Shown here piece by piece: positions 50,124 through 58,819 of a stretch of 64,000 nt of DNA. This DNA comes from a virus. A model generated the notes under the pieces. It did not search any database. It was not told the origin of the DNA and saw only the letters and a program-made list of their open reading frames with translations. The position numbers and the translations under genes are program-made. Each line of letters opens with the position of its first letter. Position 1 is the first letter of the stretch. The stretch is taken from the IMG/VR virus record IMGVR_UViG_3300030060_008003, positions 27,502-91,501 of that record. One strand, written 5' to 3'.

Positions 50124-51013
50124 CCAACAGCTTTAATAATAGCTTGTACGTCGTGTAACTCATCCACACTATCATAAGGGCATTGATGAATGACACCTTG
50201 GAAATCGTAATCGTAAAGATATGAATCAACTGTACCTTCATCCCGCGCTACCTTAGGTACAATGTTAGTATGCATTTCATATCCAAATACTTTAGGCTGT
50301 GTATTAACCCATACAACAACAGATGGTAATTGAAGCGGTACAGCAGCATGCTGTAGAGATGAATCAATAAACAATCTCTTCTGAGCGTGAGCAACCATAG
50401 CAAAGAGAGGCTTTTTACCAATTGTTTTATCAAAACGATAACAGTTATTTAACTTAGGATGAAATTCATAACATATATGCACAATGTTATATTTCTCAGC
50501 TAAACCATCAACTACTTCCTGTGCTTGAGAAGGGTGCATATCTCTTGTCCATGAGTAAGGGTGTTGCTGATGATCTGGACCAGGTCCGCCAAATGGTTGA
50601 AATGCTAATAAAGGTCTGTTATCACCAGCAAACTGACTCATATAAGCCCGAGCTTCTTCTATCTCTCTAAAATTAAAATTTAGAATAGGCTTTTCTCCAT
50701 TATACTTTGTACCAATCATATCACACCATGTCTTAATTAAGTGTGACTTTTTCGTAATATGACTAGTTTGCTTATATGGATCTTGAGCAAATACTTTAAC
50801 ATCTTTACCCTTAATAACGTCTTGATAAAAATAAGGCGTGTTACCAATTCTATAGAATCTAGCAACGTCCTTATTCTTAACCCATACTTCAGGCCAAGCA
50901 GAGACAACAATAATCTTTCGCTTAGGATTAGCCTTCTTATACGCTGCTGTTACAGCTGTTGCAGCGACATTTTTACCAATGCCCCCTTCGATGTGAAATA
51001 CAGTAGTAGCCAT
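50120..51013 (-). CDS. glycosyltransferase, GT-B fold, GT9/heptosyltransferase-like
   Basis: GGIGKNVAAT N-terminus; QPFGG; IDSSLQHAA..L..PSVVVW. Confidence 0.7.
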   Translation of the reverse strand: MATTVFHIEGGIGKNVAATAVTAAYKKANPKRKIIVVSAWPEVWVKNKDVARFYRIGNTPYFYQDVIKGKDVKVFAQDPYKQTSHITKKSHLIKTWCDMIGTKYNGEKPILNFNFREIEEARAYMSQFAGDNRPLLAFQPFGGPGPDHQQHPYSWTRDMHPSQAQEVVDGLAEKYNIVHICYEFHPKLNNCYRFDKTIGKKPLFAMVAHAQKRLFIDSSLQHAAVPLQLPSVVVWVNTQPKVFGYEMHTNIVPKVARDEGTVDSYLYDYDFQGVIHQCPYDSVDELHDVQAIIKAVG

Positions 51014-51052
51014 ATATCATATATAATACGCTACTGTAAAAGATCAATACTA

Positions 51053-53449
51053 TTATGGTCCAAGTGAGATGAGTAAACAAGTACCACATGCACCATTACG
51101 ATAGACCATTCCCTCTACTTTTGGATCTGATGTTGGTAGACCGAATCCACAACTATCAGCACTAAGCCAAAGTCTGTTTGTATGTAGAGTCTTAGCTGAT
51201 ACTGCAGTTATGTCAGTACCAAATACAGAGGAGAATTTATGCTCGCAATTTCTTCCAATACAGTTGCAACAACCGCCGCCGATAAATCCAAAATCTGCAC
51301 AAACATCATTACAATAACCACTAGCAACTCCACTATAGCAGCATTTAACGCAACCATACTCACCGCCAACTATAGACGAAAAGCACCCACCGTCAGATAT
51401 TTGATTTGCATTTCCACTACCTATAAAGCTATTTTTTGTACAAACGAAATGATTACTACCACCGGCTATAGTACTCTGACAACCAGCTTTTAAAATAGCA
51501 TTGCAAAAACCACCAACAATTGCAGCTTGATTTGTCGTCGTACAGTTAGCATTACCACCACCTAAGAATGAGCAATTACCAGCAGCAGATAATGAATTTC
51601 CACCTACTACTGTTGAATAGCTGTTACGTGCTGTATTAACGCAACCACCTACAATACTAGCAAATGATCCGTGGGTTGTATTTCTTGCACCACCTACAAT
51701 CACACTAGATGCTCCACATGCACTGTTACATGCACCACCTCCCACAAATGCGCTTGTAGCAACTACGTTCGAATAACCACCAACTATTACTCCGTTTTTG
51801 GCATCACCCGAAGTAGTGTTTTTACTACCACCAACAATTACTGTTTGCTTACCACATGCGACTTTATTGTTTTGACCGCCGCCGATAAAGTTACCAGCAC
51901 CACCGGCAGAGTATGTATCGTTTTTACAACCTCCAACAACTACATCAAAACAAGAATGAGCAGATAAAGAATAACCACCGCCAATAAATGCACAAGCACC
52001 GCAACTGACTTGGTTTTGAGCTCCACCAGCTATTGTTCCAAATGCTGCACTGTCTATACAATTGCTTTCACCGCCTCCAATAGTTGCATAACAAACACAG
52101 GCAATATTATCTGTACCGCCTCCAATGGTCGCACCGGCCTCGAGCGCGCAGTTATTTCTACCTCCGGCTATAGTGGTTACACAAGCAGTAGCCCTATTAC
52201 TTTTACCCCCACCCACAGTAGAATGACAACAGCCGCATGCGATGTTTGATTCACCTCCTCCTACTGTTCCGTAGTTAGATACGGAGTTGCAAAGTCCCCC
52301 TCCGATAGTTCCAAAACAATCTTGTGAATCATGATTACATCCACCACCTATAACTCCAAATTTTCCACATGAGCTATTCGCCGCACCGCCGGCAATAGTT
52401 GCAAAATCACCCATTGCGCTGTTACTAAAGCCACCACCAACAAATGTACCTTTACCGGCACTGCAGTTACTATGACCTCCAACAACAGCACTACCTGGGT
52501 TTGTTGCATCATTACCGCAACCACCGCCAACAAACGAACTTAGGCCTGAGGCTATATTTGACATTCCGCCTACAACTACCGACCCACAATTACCAGAAGC
52601 AGCGTTACCACAACCACCACCAATAAAAGAACTTAATCCGGTCGCGCAATTACTACCACCAGCTACTACACCAGCATAATCACCTGCTGCAGTTGTTTGA
52701 TTGCAACATCCACCTACGACAGAATAATCTCCAGCAGCGGTATTTTTAAATCCACCAACAACTGAACTATGGCATCCTGAAGCAGTATTGCAACATCCAC
52801 CAGTAACATTACTAGAAGGACATGAAGCAATATTGCAATATCCACCTCCAACTGCAGCATAAGTTGCACTTGCGGCATTATCATCACCACCAGCAACTGT
52901 AGCGTAATTACCGCTAGCACAGTTTTGTCTACCACCTCCTACGGTACTGTTTATAGCGCTTGCTACATTAGTTCCACCACCACCAACTGTACTACAAGTT
53001 GCTGTAGCGCAGTTGGCTGTACCACCTGCAACTGTACCATGATTAGCTGTAGCGCAGTTACTCTGACCACCTCCAATTACTGTATATGTAGTAGTAGTGC
53101 AGTGATCGCAACCACCACCAATAATACTACACGTACCTGAAGCACGGTTATTACAGCCACCAGTGACAGAAGAGTTAGAACCTACAGCAATAGAACCCCC
53201 GGCAGCTACGATTAAGCTGCCATTAGCGCTTAGGTTACCTTTTATAGATTGATTTGTTTGAAAGAAACTATTAGCCAGTGGAGTCGCTAAAGGTTTATCT
53301 TGCGCTGTACCATACTTTGCTCCAGACAGGTAATTTGCGATCGAACTCAGTGATGCGCGCCGAGTTTGTGCTTCATCGACTAATGCGACTTCTTCAGTTC
53401 CAGTATATGGTATGATGCCTTCGTTGAGCTCAGTAATCTTTTTACCCAT
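51053..53449 (-). CDS. Cys/Gly-rich repeat fibre protein (YadA-like beta-roll)
   Basis: about 40 copies of a 15-aa SxxGGGxxNxAxxxx unit; KKITEL N-terminus and LPTSDP C-terminus typical of phage fibres. Confidence 0.75.
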   Translation of the reverse strand: MGKKITELNEGIIPYTGTEEVALVDEAQTRRASLSSIANYLSGAKYGTAQDKPLATPLANSFFQTNQSIKGNLSANGSLIVAAGGSIAVGSNSSVTGGCNNRASGTCSIIGGGCDHCTTTTYTVIGGGQSNCATANHGTVAGGTANCATATCSTVGGGGTNVASAINSTVGGGRQNCASGNYATVAGGDDNAASATYAAVGGGYCNIASCPSSNVTGGCCNTASGCHSSVVGGFKNTAAGDYSVVGGCCNQTTAAGDYAGVVAGGSNCATGLSSFIGGGCGNAASGNCGSVVVGGMSNIASGLSSFVGGGCGNDATNPGSAVVGGHSNCSAGKGTFVGGGFSNSAMGDFATIAGGAANSSCGKFGVIGGGCNHDSQDCFGTIGGGLCNSVSNYGTVGGGESNIACGCCHSTVGGGKSNRATACVTTIAGGRNNCALEAGATIGGGTDNIACVCYATIGGGESNCIDSAAFGTIAGGAQNQVSCGACAFIGGGYSLSAHSCFDVVVGGCKNDTYSAGGAGNFIGGGQNNKVACGKQTVIVGGSKNTTSGDAKNGVIVGGYSNVVATSAFVGGGACNSACGASSVIVGGARNTTHGSFASIVGGCVNTARNSYSTVVGGNSLSAAGNCSFLGGGNANCTTTNQAAIVGGFCNAILKAGCQSTIAGGSNHFVCTKNSFIGSGNANQISDGGCFSSIVGGEYGCVKCCYSGVASGYCNDVCADFGFIGGGCCNCIGRNCEHKFSSVFGTDITAVSAKTLHTNRLWLSADSCGFGLPTSDPKVEGMVYRNGACGTCLLISLGP

Positions 53450-53461
53450 ATGTATATTTAT

Positions 53462-53701
53462 TTACTTCGGCGCTTTTAACCTGCAACAAAAAGCAATAAC
53501 TATTGCAAAAACACCAGAGAACAATAAATGCCTCTTAAATCCATCAACCGATGTACAGAGACCTTCGAAGTCAACCGCTTTACTTCCTCCATTTTGAATA
53601 GCATCTAATGAAAGTTTCATTTCTTCTGCGCAAGTATAACCTCTAACAACAAAAGCTAATATAATAGCCGATAGGATATAGACTAAGTATCTAGGTTTCA
53701 T
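53462..53701 (-). CDS. small membrane protein, possible lysis accessory
   Basis: two hydrophobic segments; ATGA-coupled to the upstream holin-like gene. Confidence 0.6.
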   Translation of the reverse strand: MKPRYLVYILSAIILAFVVRGYTCAEEMKLSLDAIQNGGSKAVDFEGLCTSVDGFKRHLLFSGVFAIVIAFCCRLKAPK

Positions 53702-54015
53702 TTTTTAAGAACCTTCTCAGGATTATCTGCAAATTTTTTACCTAGTTTAACAATACCAGCAATTACCTCAGGGGAGATAACACCTATAATACCATATGTA
53801 ACAGCTTTATAAAGAGAGGATATTTCTGTTTGTTCTAAAATAAACCACGCAATGCCAGCAGATAGACCAGCTGTAAATATCTTTTTAAGTTGTTGCCACC
53901 ACGTGTAATTATTTTCACCTGACAATAAACGAGCGAGCATGGCGCCGGCGCCGATTAAAGGCACGACCCAACCTCCTTGGAGGAACTCTTTAAGTAGGGA
54001 TTTTTCCGGCTCCAT
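53698..54015 (-). CDS. holin-like membrane protein
   Basis: about 105 aa with three hydrophobic segments and a basic C-terminus; TAAATA upstream of the ATG at 54015. Confidence 0.5.
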   Translation of the reverse strand: MEPEKSLLKEFLQGGWVVPLIGAGAMLARLLSGENNYTWWQQLKKIFTAGLSAGIAWFILEQTEISSLYKAVTYGIIGVISPEVIAGIVKLGKKFADNPEKVLKK

Positions 54016-54104
54016 GTTAATATATTTATAGACAAAACTACGTAGATCTATAGAGTTGTACAAATATTATTGATTTTATGATAATGTATGTATAATAAGA
54101 GGTA

Positions 54105-54785
54105 GTGAAGATAAAATTTGATGAAGCGTCTCATACCTATACGCATAAAGATACTGGTGAAAAATTTATATCGGTAACAACTTTACTCGGTAAGTACAAG
54201 CAACCCTTTGATAGAGATGGTCACTCGAAGCGAGTAGCAGATAGAGAAGGCGTATCACAAGAGTTAGTATTGGAGATGTGGGAAAAGGAAAAGATTAGAG
54301 CTTGTACTCGTGGTACTAACATTCATAAGATTTTAGAGGATTATATCAGTTACGGAGATGTAGAAGATAATTACGGGTGGTTGTGTAAGTCGTATGATAA
54401 GGCTGCAGAACGCTCAATTGATTCATTTAGTACTGTGCTGTGTGAGAATTTATTGTATAATGAAGACCACTGCATAGCTGGAACTGCTGATCTAATATAT
54501 GAACATAAGCATGAGTTTACGATTGGTGATTTTAAAACTAATAAGAGATTTAGATTTAGTTCTCCATATTCAGAACGTTTAAAAGATCCTGTAAGTCATC
54601 TTCATAACTGTGAGTTTAATCTATATGGGTTGCAGTTATCTCTTTATGCTTATCTGTATGAAAAAATGTCTGGAAAGAGATGTAGAAAATGTGTTATCTT
54701 TTATCTAAAAGACGATAGATTTTTATCTTATCATGTAAACTACATGAAAGCAGAGGTAGAAGCTCTTCTAGCTAGTATGAAGTAA
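54105..54785 (+). CDS. PD-(D/E)xK exonuclease
   Basis: SVTTLLG, RGTNIH, AGTADL, GDFKT, QLSLYA. Confidence 0.85.
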   Translation: MKIKFDEASHTYTHKDTGEKFISVTTLLGKYKQPFDRDGHSKRVADREGVSQELVLEMWEKEKIRACTRGTNIHKILEDYISYGDVEDNYGWLCKSYDKAAERSIDSFSTVLCENLLYNEDHCIAGTADLIYEHKHEFTIGDFKTNKRFRFSSPYSERLKDPVSHLHNCEFNLYGLQLSLYAYLYEKMSGKRCRKCVIFYLKDDRFLSYHVNYMKAEVEALLASMK

Positions 54786-55394
54786 AGCAGAGCAAAAGTC
54801 CCAGTTAACAATATCAAAGAAGTTTTGTAACCATTCTTGTCTTTTAGGTCCATACATAAGGTAGTAGCTGTGCTCCCATACATCTACTCCTAGAACAGGC
54901 TTACCTAAGTCAAACATTAAAGGATTATCTTGATTAGGCGTCCTTACTAAATCTAATCTACCATTCTTTTCTACTAACCAGCCCCATCCTGATCCAAATT
55001 GACCCTTAGCGTTTTCAATAAATTCTTTTTTAAACTTTCCGAAAGTACCAAATCGTTTTAAGATTCTATCTTTAATCTCACCTGTAAAGTCACTTCCACC
55101 TGGCTTCATCATGTTAAAAAACAACTGATGATTATATGCTCCTCCAGCGTTATCCTTTATATGGTCGTTATATCTTTTGATATCTTTAACTAACTCTACA
55201 AGAGGTGGTTTCTTTTTATTCACCATAGCTGCATTTAATTTTTTAACATATCCTTTATAATGATCGTTGTAGTGAAAGTCAGTCGTTTGTCTGTTTACTA
55301 CAGGCTCGAGTGCGCTTAAAGAATACGGAAGATTAATAGGCTTATATGAGCCGACTTTTTCTAAAATTAAGTTTACCTCTCTTGAAAATGACAT
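54768..55394 (-). CDS. sod: Fe/Mn superoxide dismutase with Mn-type signature residues
   Basis: LPY..LEP, HYNDH..YV, GGAYNH, FGSGWGWL, TPNQD, DVWEHSYY. Confidence 0.95.
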   Translation of the reverse strand: MSFSREVNLILEKVGSYKPINLPYSLSALEPVVNRQTTDFHYNDHYKGYVKKLNAAMVNKKKPPLVELVKDIKRYNDHIKDNAGGAYNHQLFFNMMKPGGSDFTGEIKDRILKRFGTFGKFKKEFIENAKGQFGSGWGWLVEKNGRLDLVRTPNQDNPLMFDLGKPVLGVDVWEHSYYLMYGPKRQEWLQNFFDIVNWDFCSALLHTS

Positions 55395-55422
55395 TAATTA
55401 TATTTAATAAATAAATAGCGAT

Positions 55423-55626
55423 ATGAAACGAAGTTCTGTTCTAAAAAAGTTTGACAAGGAGATAGAAAATCTATGGGATATAGTTTACAAGATTAAGGAT
55501 GTGTTAGAGAGTACAGATGATTATGAGTTATCTGAGTTAGGAGGAAAGTTTTTAGACCAAATAGCGGAAGTAATGGAAGAGGGAGATATATCTTTAGAAG
55601 ATATTAGAGATCAAATATCTGGTTGA
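55423..55626 (+). CDS. hypothetical protein
   Basis: TAAATA-N5-ATG; divergent from sod. Confidence 0.65.
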   Translation: MKRSSVLKKFDKEIENLWDIVYKIKDVLESTDDYELSELGGKFLDQIAEVMEEGDISLEDIRDQISG

Positions 55627-55658
55627 TTTAATAGAAAGCCACATATAATATAAGTGGC

Positions 55659-56699
55659 ATGCGTATAGAGACTGAGCTAAAGTACGATTTTGATGATGTT
55701 CTTATTCGACCTAAGAGGTCGACACTGACGTCACGAAAAGAGGTTGATTTAACTAGAACGTTTAGATTTAAATACGGTGGTTCGTATCACGGTATACCAG
55801 TTATGGCTGCTAACATGGATGGAGTTGGCACGTTAGAGGTAGGAAGAACCTTAAGTGACTTAGATCTCTTTACTTGTTACAAGAAAGACATTGATGAAAA
55901 GGAGCTTATTGAAGAGCTTAAAGATAATCAAGGTAAACATGTAGCTGTAACTGTAGGTAGAAACGAGCATGATTATGAGAGGTTAGCTCGTATTAACAAG
56001 AAAGCTCCGGTTCGTAATATTTGTATTGATGTAGCAAACGGTTATACTCAAGCACTTGTTGATTTTGTAAAGGTAGTAAGAAGAACGTTTCCTCAAAGGA
56101 CAATTATAGCGGGTAATGTTGTAACAGGTGAAATGGTTGAAGAGCTTCTTTTAGCTGGAGCAGATATTATTAAAGTTGGGATTGGATCAGGAAGCGTTTG
56201 TACTACGCGACTTAAGACGGGAGTTGGTTATCCTCAGTTTAGTTGCATTGCTGAATGTGCTGATGCTGCTCATGGATTAGATGGCCATATTATTGCTGAT
56301 GGAGGATGTACGACTCCGGGTGATGTAGCTAAAGCATTTGGTGCTGGTGCTGATTTTGTTATGCTAGGTTCTATGTTAGCTGGGTCAATAGAAGGAGGTG
56401 GTGAAAAGATTACTATCGATGATAAAGAGTATGTAGAGTTCTATGGAATGAGTAGTAAGAAGGCTAACGAAAAGCATAACGGAGGTCTTATGGATTACAG
56501 AACGTCAGAAGGACGTAGAGTAGTTCTTCCATTTAAAGGACCTATGCGTTATATTGTTCAAGATATTCTAGGAGGTATTAGGAGTACATGTACATATGTA
56601 GGAGCTGCTAAGCTAAAGCATTTAAGCAAGTGCGCTACGTTTGTTAGATGTACTAAGACGCATAGTAAGATATATGAGCCAAACACCTTAGAGATTTAA
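55659..56699 (+). CDS. guaC: GMP reductase
   Basis: DVLIRPKRSTLTSR, AANMD, DVANGY, GIGSGSVCTTR, FYGMSS, YRTSEG. Confidence 0.95.
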   Translation: MRIETELKYDFDDVLIRPKRSTLTSRKEVDLTRTFRFKYGGSYHGIPVMAANMDGVGTLEVGRTLSDLDLFTCYKKDIDEKELIEELKDNQGKHVAVTVGRNEHDYERLARINKKAPVRNICIDVANGYTQALVDFVKVVRRTFPQRTIIAGNVVTGEMVEELLLAGADIIKVGIGSGSVCTTRLKTGVGYPQFSCIAECADAAHGLDGHIIADGGCTTPGDVAKAFGAGADFVMLGSMLAGSIEGGGEKITIDDKEYVEFYGMSSKKANEKHNGGLMDYRTSEGRRVVLPFKGPMRYIVQDILGGIRSTCTYVGAAKLKHLSKCATFVRCTKTHSKIYEPNTLEI

Positions 56700-56703
56700 A
56701 AAT

Positions 56704-57573
56704 ATGAAAAAAATTGTAATATTAGGAAACGGATATGTTGGAGGTTATCTATATGATAGATTGCTCTTTCCCGGACCAGATAAAAAAAGCTACGACGTAA
56801 AGATCGAAAAAAGAAAGCTGCTAAACTATAATGATATTAAGTGTCTTGAAATATATCTAGACAGAGAAAAGCCTGATTATGTTATCAACTGTTCAGGTTT
56901 TACAGGGAGGCCTAATGTTGATGAGGGTGAGTTTAAAAAGGAGCTTTGCTTTGAACTGAATACATTTGGACCGCTGAGAGTAAGTAACTTATGTAAGACA
57001 AAGAACATTAATTATATTCATATTTCTTCTGGATGTATATACACAGGTTATGAAAAGCCTTGGGAAGAAGATGACGAACCTAATTTTGGTCTGTTTGATG
57101 AGGACTCTTCTACTTACTCAAAGAGTAAGCATGCATTTGAGTTAGGATGTGATTGGGGACTAATACTAAGAGTTAGAATGCCGTTCTGTGATATCCTTCA
57201 TGGTAGATCTTTCATTACAAAGATATATAAGTACGATAACCTAATCGATAAAGTTAACTCAAAGACATATATTCCTCAGCTTCTCGATTTTATTGAGCAT
57301 TTTGTTAGTAGAGGGTACGAAGCTAAAGAAAAAGATATCTTAAATTTTGTTAACCCAGAGCCTCTCTCTACTAAGAAGGTAACAAAGTTAATGGATGACT
57401 TTGATGTTACTAATCCTAACTGGGAGTGGGTTAATTTTGAAGATCTCGAGACAACAGCCAATAGATCTAACTGTGTGATGTCAACTGATAAGTTAGAAAA
57501 CGAATATGGATTCGAGATATGGGATGAAAAAGTTGCACTTGAGAGCGCGCTGAATAATATAATAACGGTATGA
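56704..57573 (+). CDS. NDP-4-keto-6-deoxyglucose 3,5-epimerase/4-reductase (RmlD/UER1-like)
   Basis: GNGYVG, GFTGRPNVD, HISSGCIY, YSKSK, LRVRMP, RSNC. Confidence 0.8.
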   Translation: MKKIVILGNGYVGGYLYDRLLFPGPDKKSYDVKIEKRKLLNYNDIKCLEIYLDREKPDYVINCSGFTGRPNVDEGEFKKELCFELNTFGPLRVSNLCKTKNINYIHISSGCIYTGYEKPWEEDDEPNFGLFDEDSSTYSKSKHAFELGCDWGLILRVRMPFCDILHGRSFITKIYKYDNLIDKVNSKTYIPQLLDFIEHFVSRGYEAKEKDILNFVNPEPLSTKKVTKLMDDFDVTNPNWEWVNFEDLETTANRSNCVMSTDKLENEYGFEIWDEKVALESALNNIITV

Positions 57574-58013
57574 GTAAAGAAATTTTAGGATTCACTGCAG
57601 GTAACTTTGATCTGCTTCATCCGGGTTACATTAGATGTTTTAGAGAAGCTAAGAGACATTGTGATAAATTTATTGTCTTTCTCCAAAAAGATCCTTCTCT
57701 ACATAGGAAGAGTAAATATAAACCTGTAATATCTCTATACAATAGATACGAGGCACTGATGGCTATTAGATATATTGACGATGTCTATACATATCAAACA
57801 GAAGAAGAGCTTTATAATTTAATTAAATTCTGGAAGCCTGATGTTCGTATTTTAGGAGAAGATTATATCGAGAAAGAATCCTTTACAGGAGACGATTTAC
57901 CTCCTAGAGTAATTTATACAACTCGCTCTCATGGCTGGTCAACTACTCGACTAAAAGATCTTATTACTAAACAGACTATCAAACAGAATCCAGACGTCTT
58001 TAATAAGAAATAA
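57570..58013 (+). CDS. cytidylyltransferase (TagD/RfaE-like)
   Basis: GNFDLLHPGY (HxGH variant), LGEDY, R.HGWSTT. Confidence 0.85.
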   Translation: MSKEILGFTAGNFDLLHPGYIRCFREAKRHCDKFIVFLQKDPSLHRKSKYKPVISLYNRYEALMAIRYIDDVYTYQTEEELYNLIKFWKPDVRILGEDYIEKESFTGDDLPPRVIYTTRSHGWSTTRLKDLITKQTIKQNPDVFNKK

Positions 58014-58014
58014 C

Positions 58015-58818
58015 ATGAAGATATGTGTTGTAGTATTAACCTATAAATCTGATTTATATGATCATTTTGATAGAATAAGAAGAAAATACTTAGAAACAAA
58101 AGATGTAGACTATTATTTCTTGTATAATGGCACTGACAAAAGTTTAAGCAATCCAAAGGAGCATAATCTTAATTATTATTCCTACCTCCGACACTATGAA
58201 AGTCCCCATTACCCGGTAATGTGGGATAAATTTATGGCTTTTATATCTGAAACAGCTGGAAAATATGATTATGTTATTAGGGTAAACTGTTCCACGTTTG
58301 TAAATGTAGATATTATAATACAAAAAATTAAACAACTTAACAATAGAGAACATTTATATATGGGACATTTTAATGGAAGTCTCTGTCGAGAATGTCGATC
58401 TAATTGTGCTGATGTAGATAGTGAGGTAGGTGATTATGTAAGTAGTGCATTTTATGATAAAGATGTCTGGATTAATTTCAACCATTACAGCTACGCCCAC
58501 GGAGGTTGCATCGTCTTCTCTAACGCAACCCTAGAAAAGCTATTTGAACTTAGTAAAACTCTTAAACATAATCCGGAAGCACGAATGCGTTCAGATGATA
58601 TACTAATAGGCTTAGGTTTGAGAGAAGTTCTTAAAATACCTCTTACATATTTAGATAGGTATTACCTCAGCGGCTTAAATACTTTACCATCTGAGAAAAA
58701 CCTAAGTCAGATTGTAGAGGAAGCATTAACATACCCTCAAATACGAATAAGAAATAGTAATAGAGATTTAATTGATAAGAATATATGGAATATTATAGAA
58801 AGGAAACTACAATTGTAA
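58015..58818 (+). CDS. glycosyltransferase-like protein (GT31/Fringe-like GT-A)
   Basis: YDYVIRVN.STFVN, LYMG, YAHGGCIVFS, DDILIG; in the sugar cluster. Confidence 0.6.
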   Translation: MKICVVVLTYKSDLYDHFDRIRRKYLETKDVDYYFLYNGTDKSLSNPKEHNLNYYSYLRHYESPHYPVMWDKFMAFISETAGKYDYVIRVNCSTFVNVDIIIQKIKQLNNREHLYMGHFNGSLCRECRSNCADVDSEVGDYVSSAFYDKDVWINFNHYSYAHGGCIVFSNATLEKLFELSKTLKHNPEARMRSDDILIGLGLREVLKIPLTYLDRYYLSGLNTLPSEKNLSQIVEEALTYPQIRIRNSNRDLIDKNIWNIIERKLQL

Positions 58819-58819
58819 G

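Noticed and set aside
51239-53140. Multiple short ORFs overlapping the Cys/Gly-rich fibre gene
   Set aside because: Shadow frames caused by repetitive GGT/GGN codons; no promoters or independent coding signal
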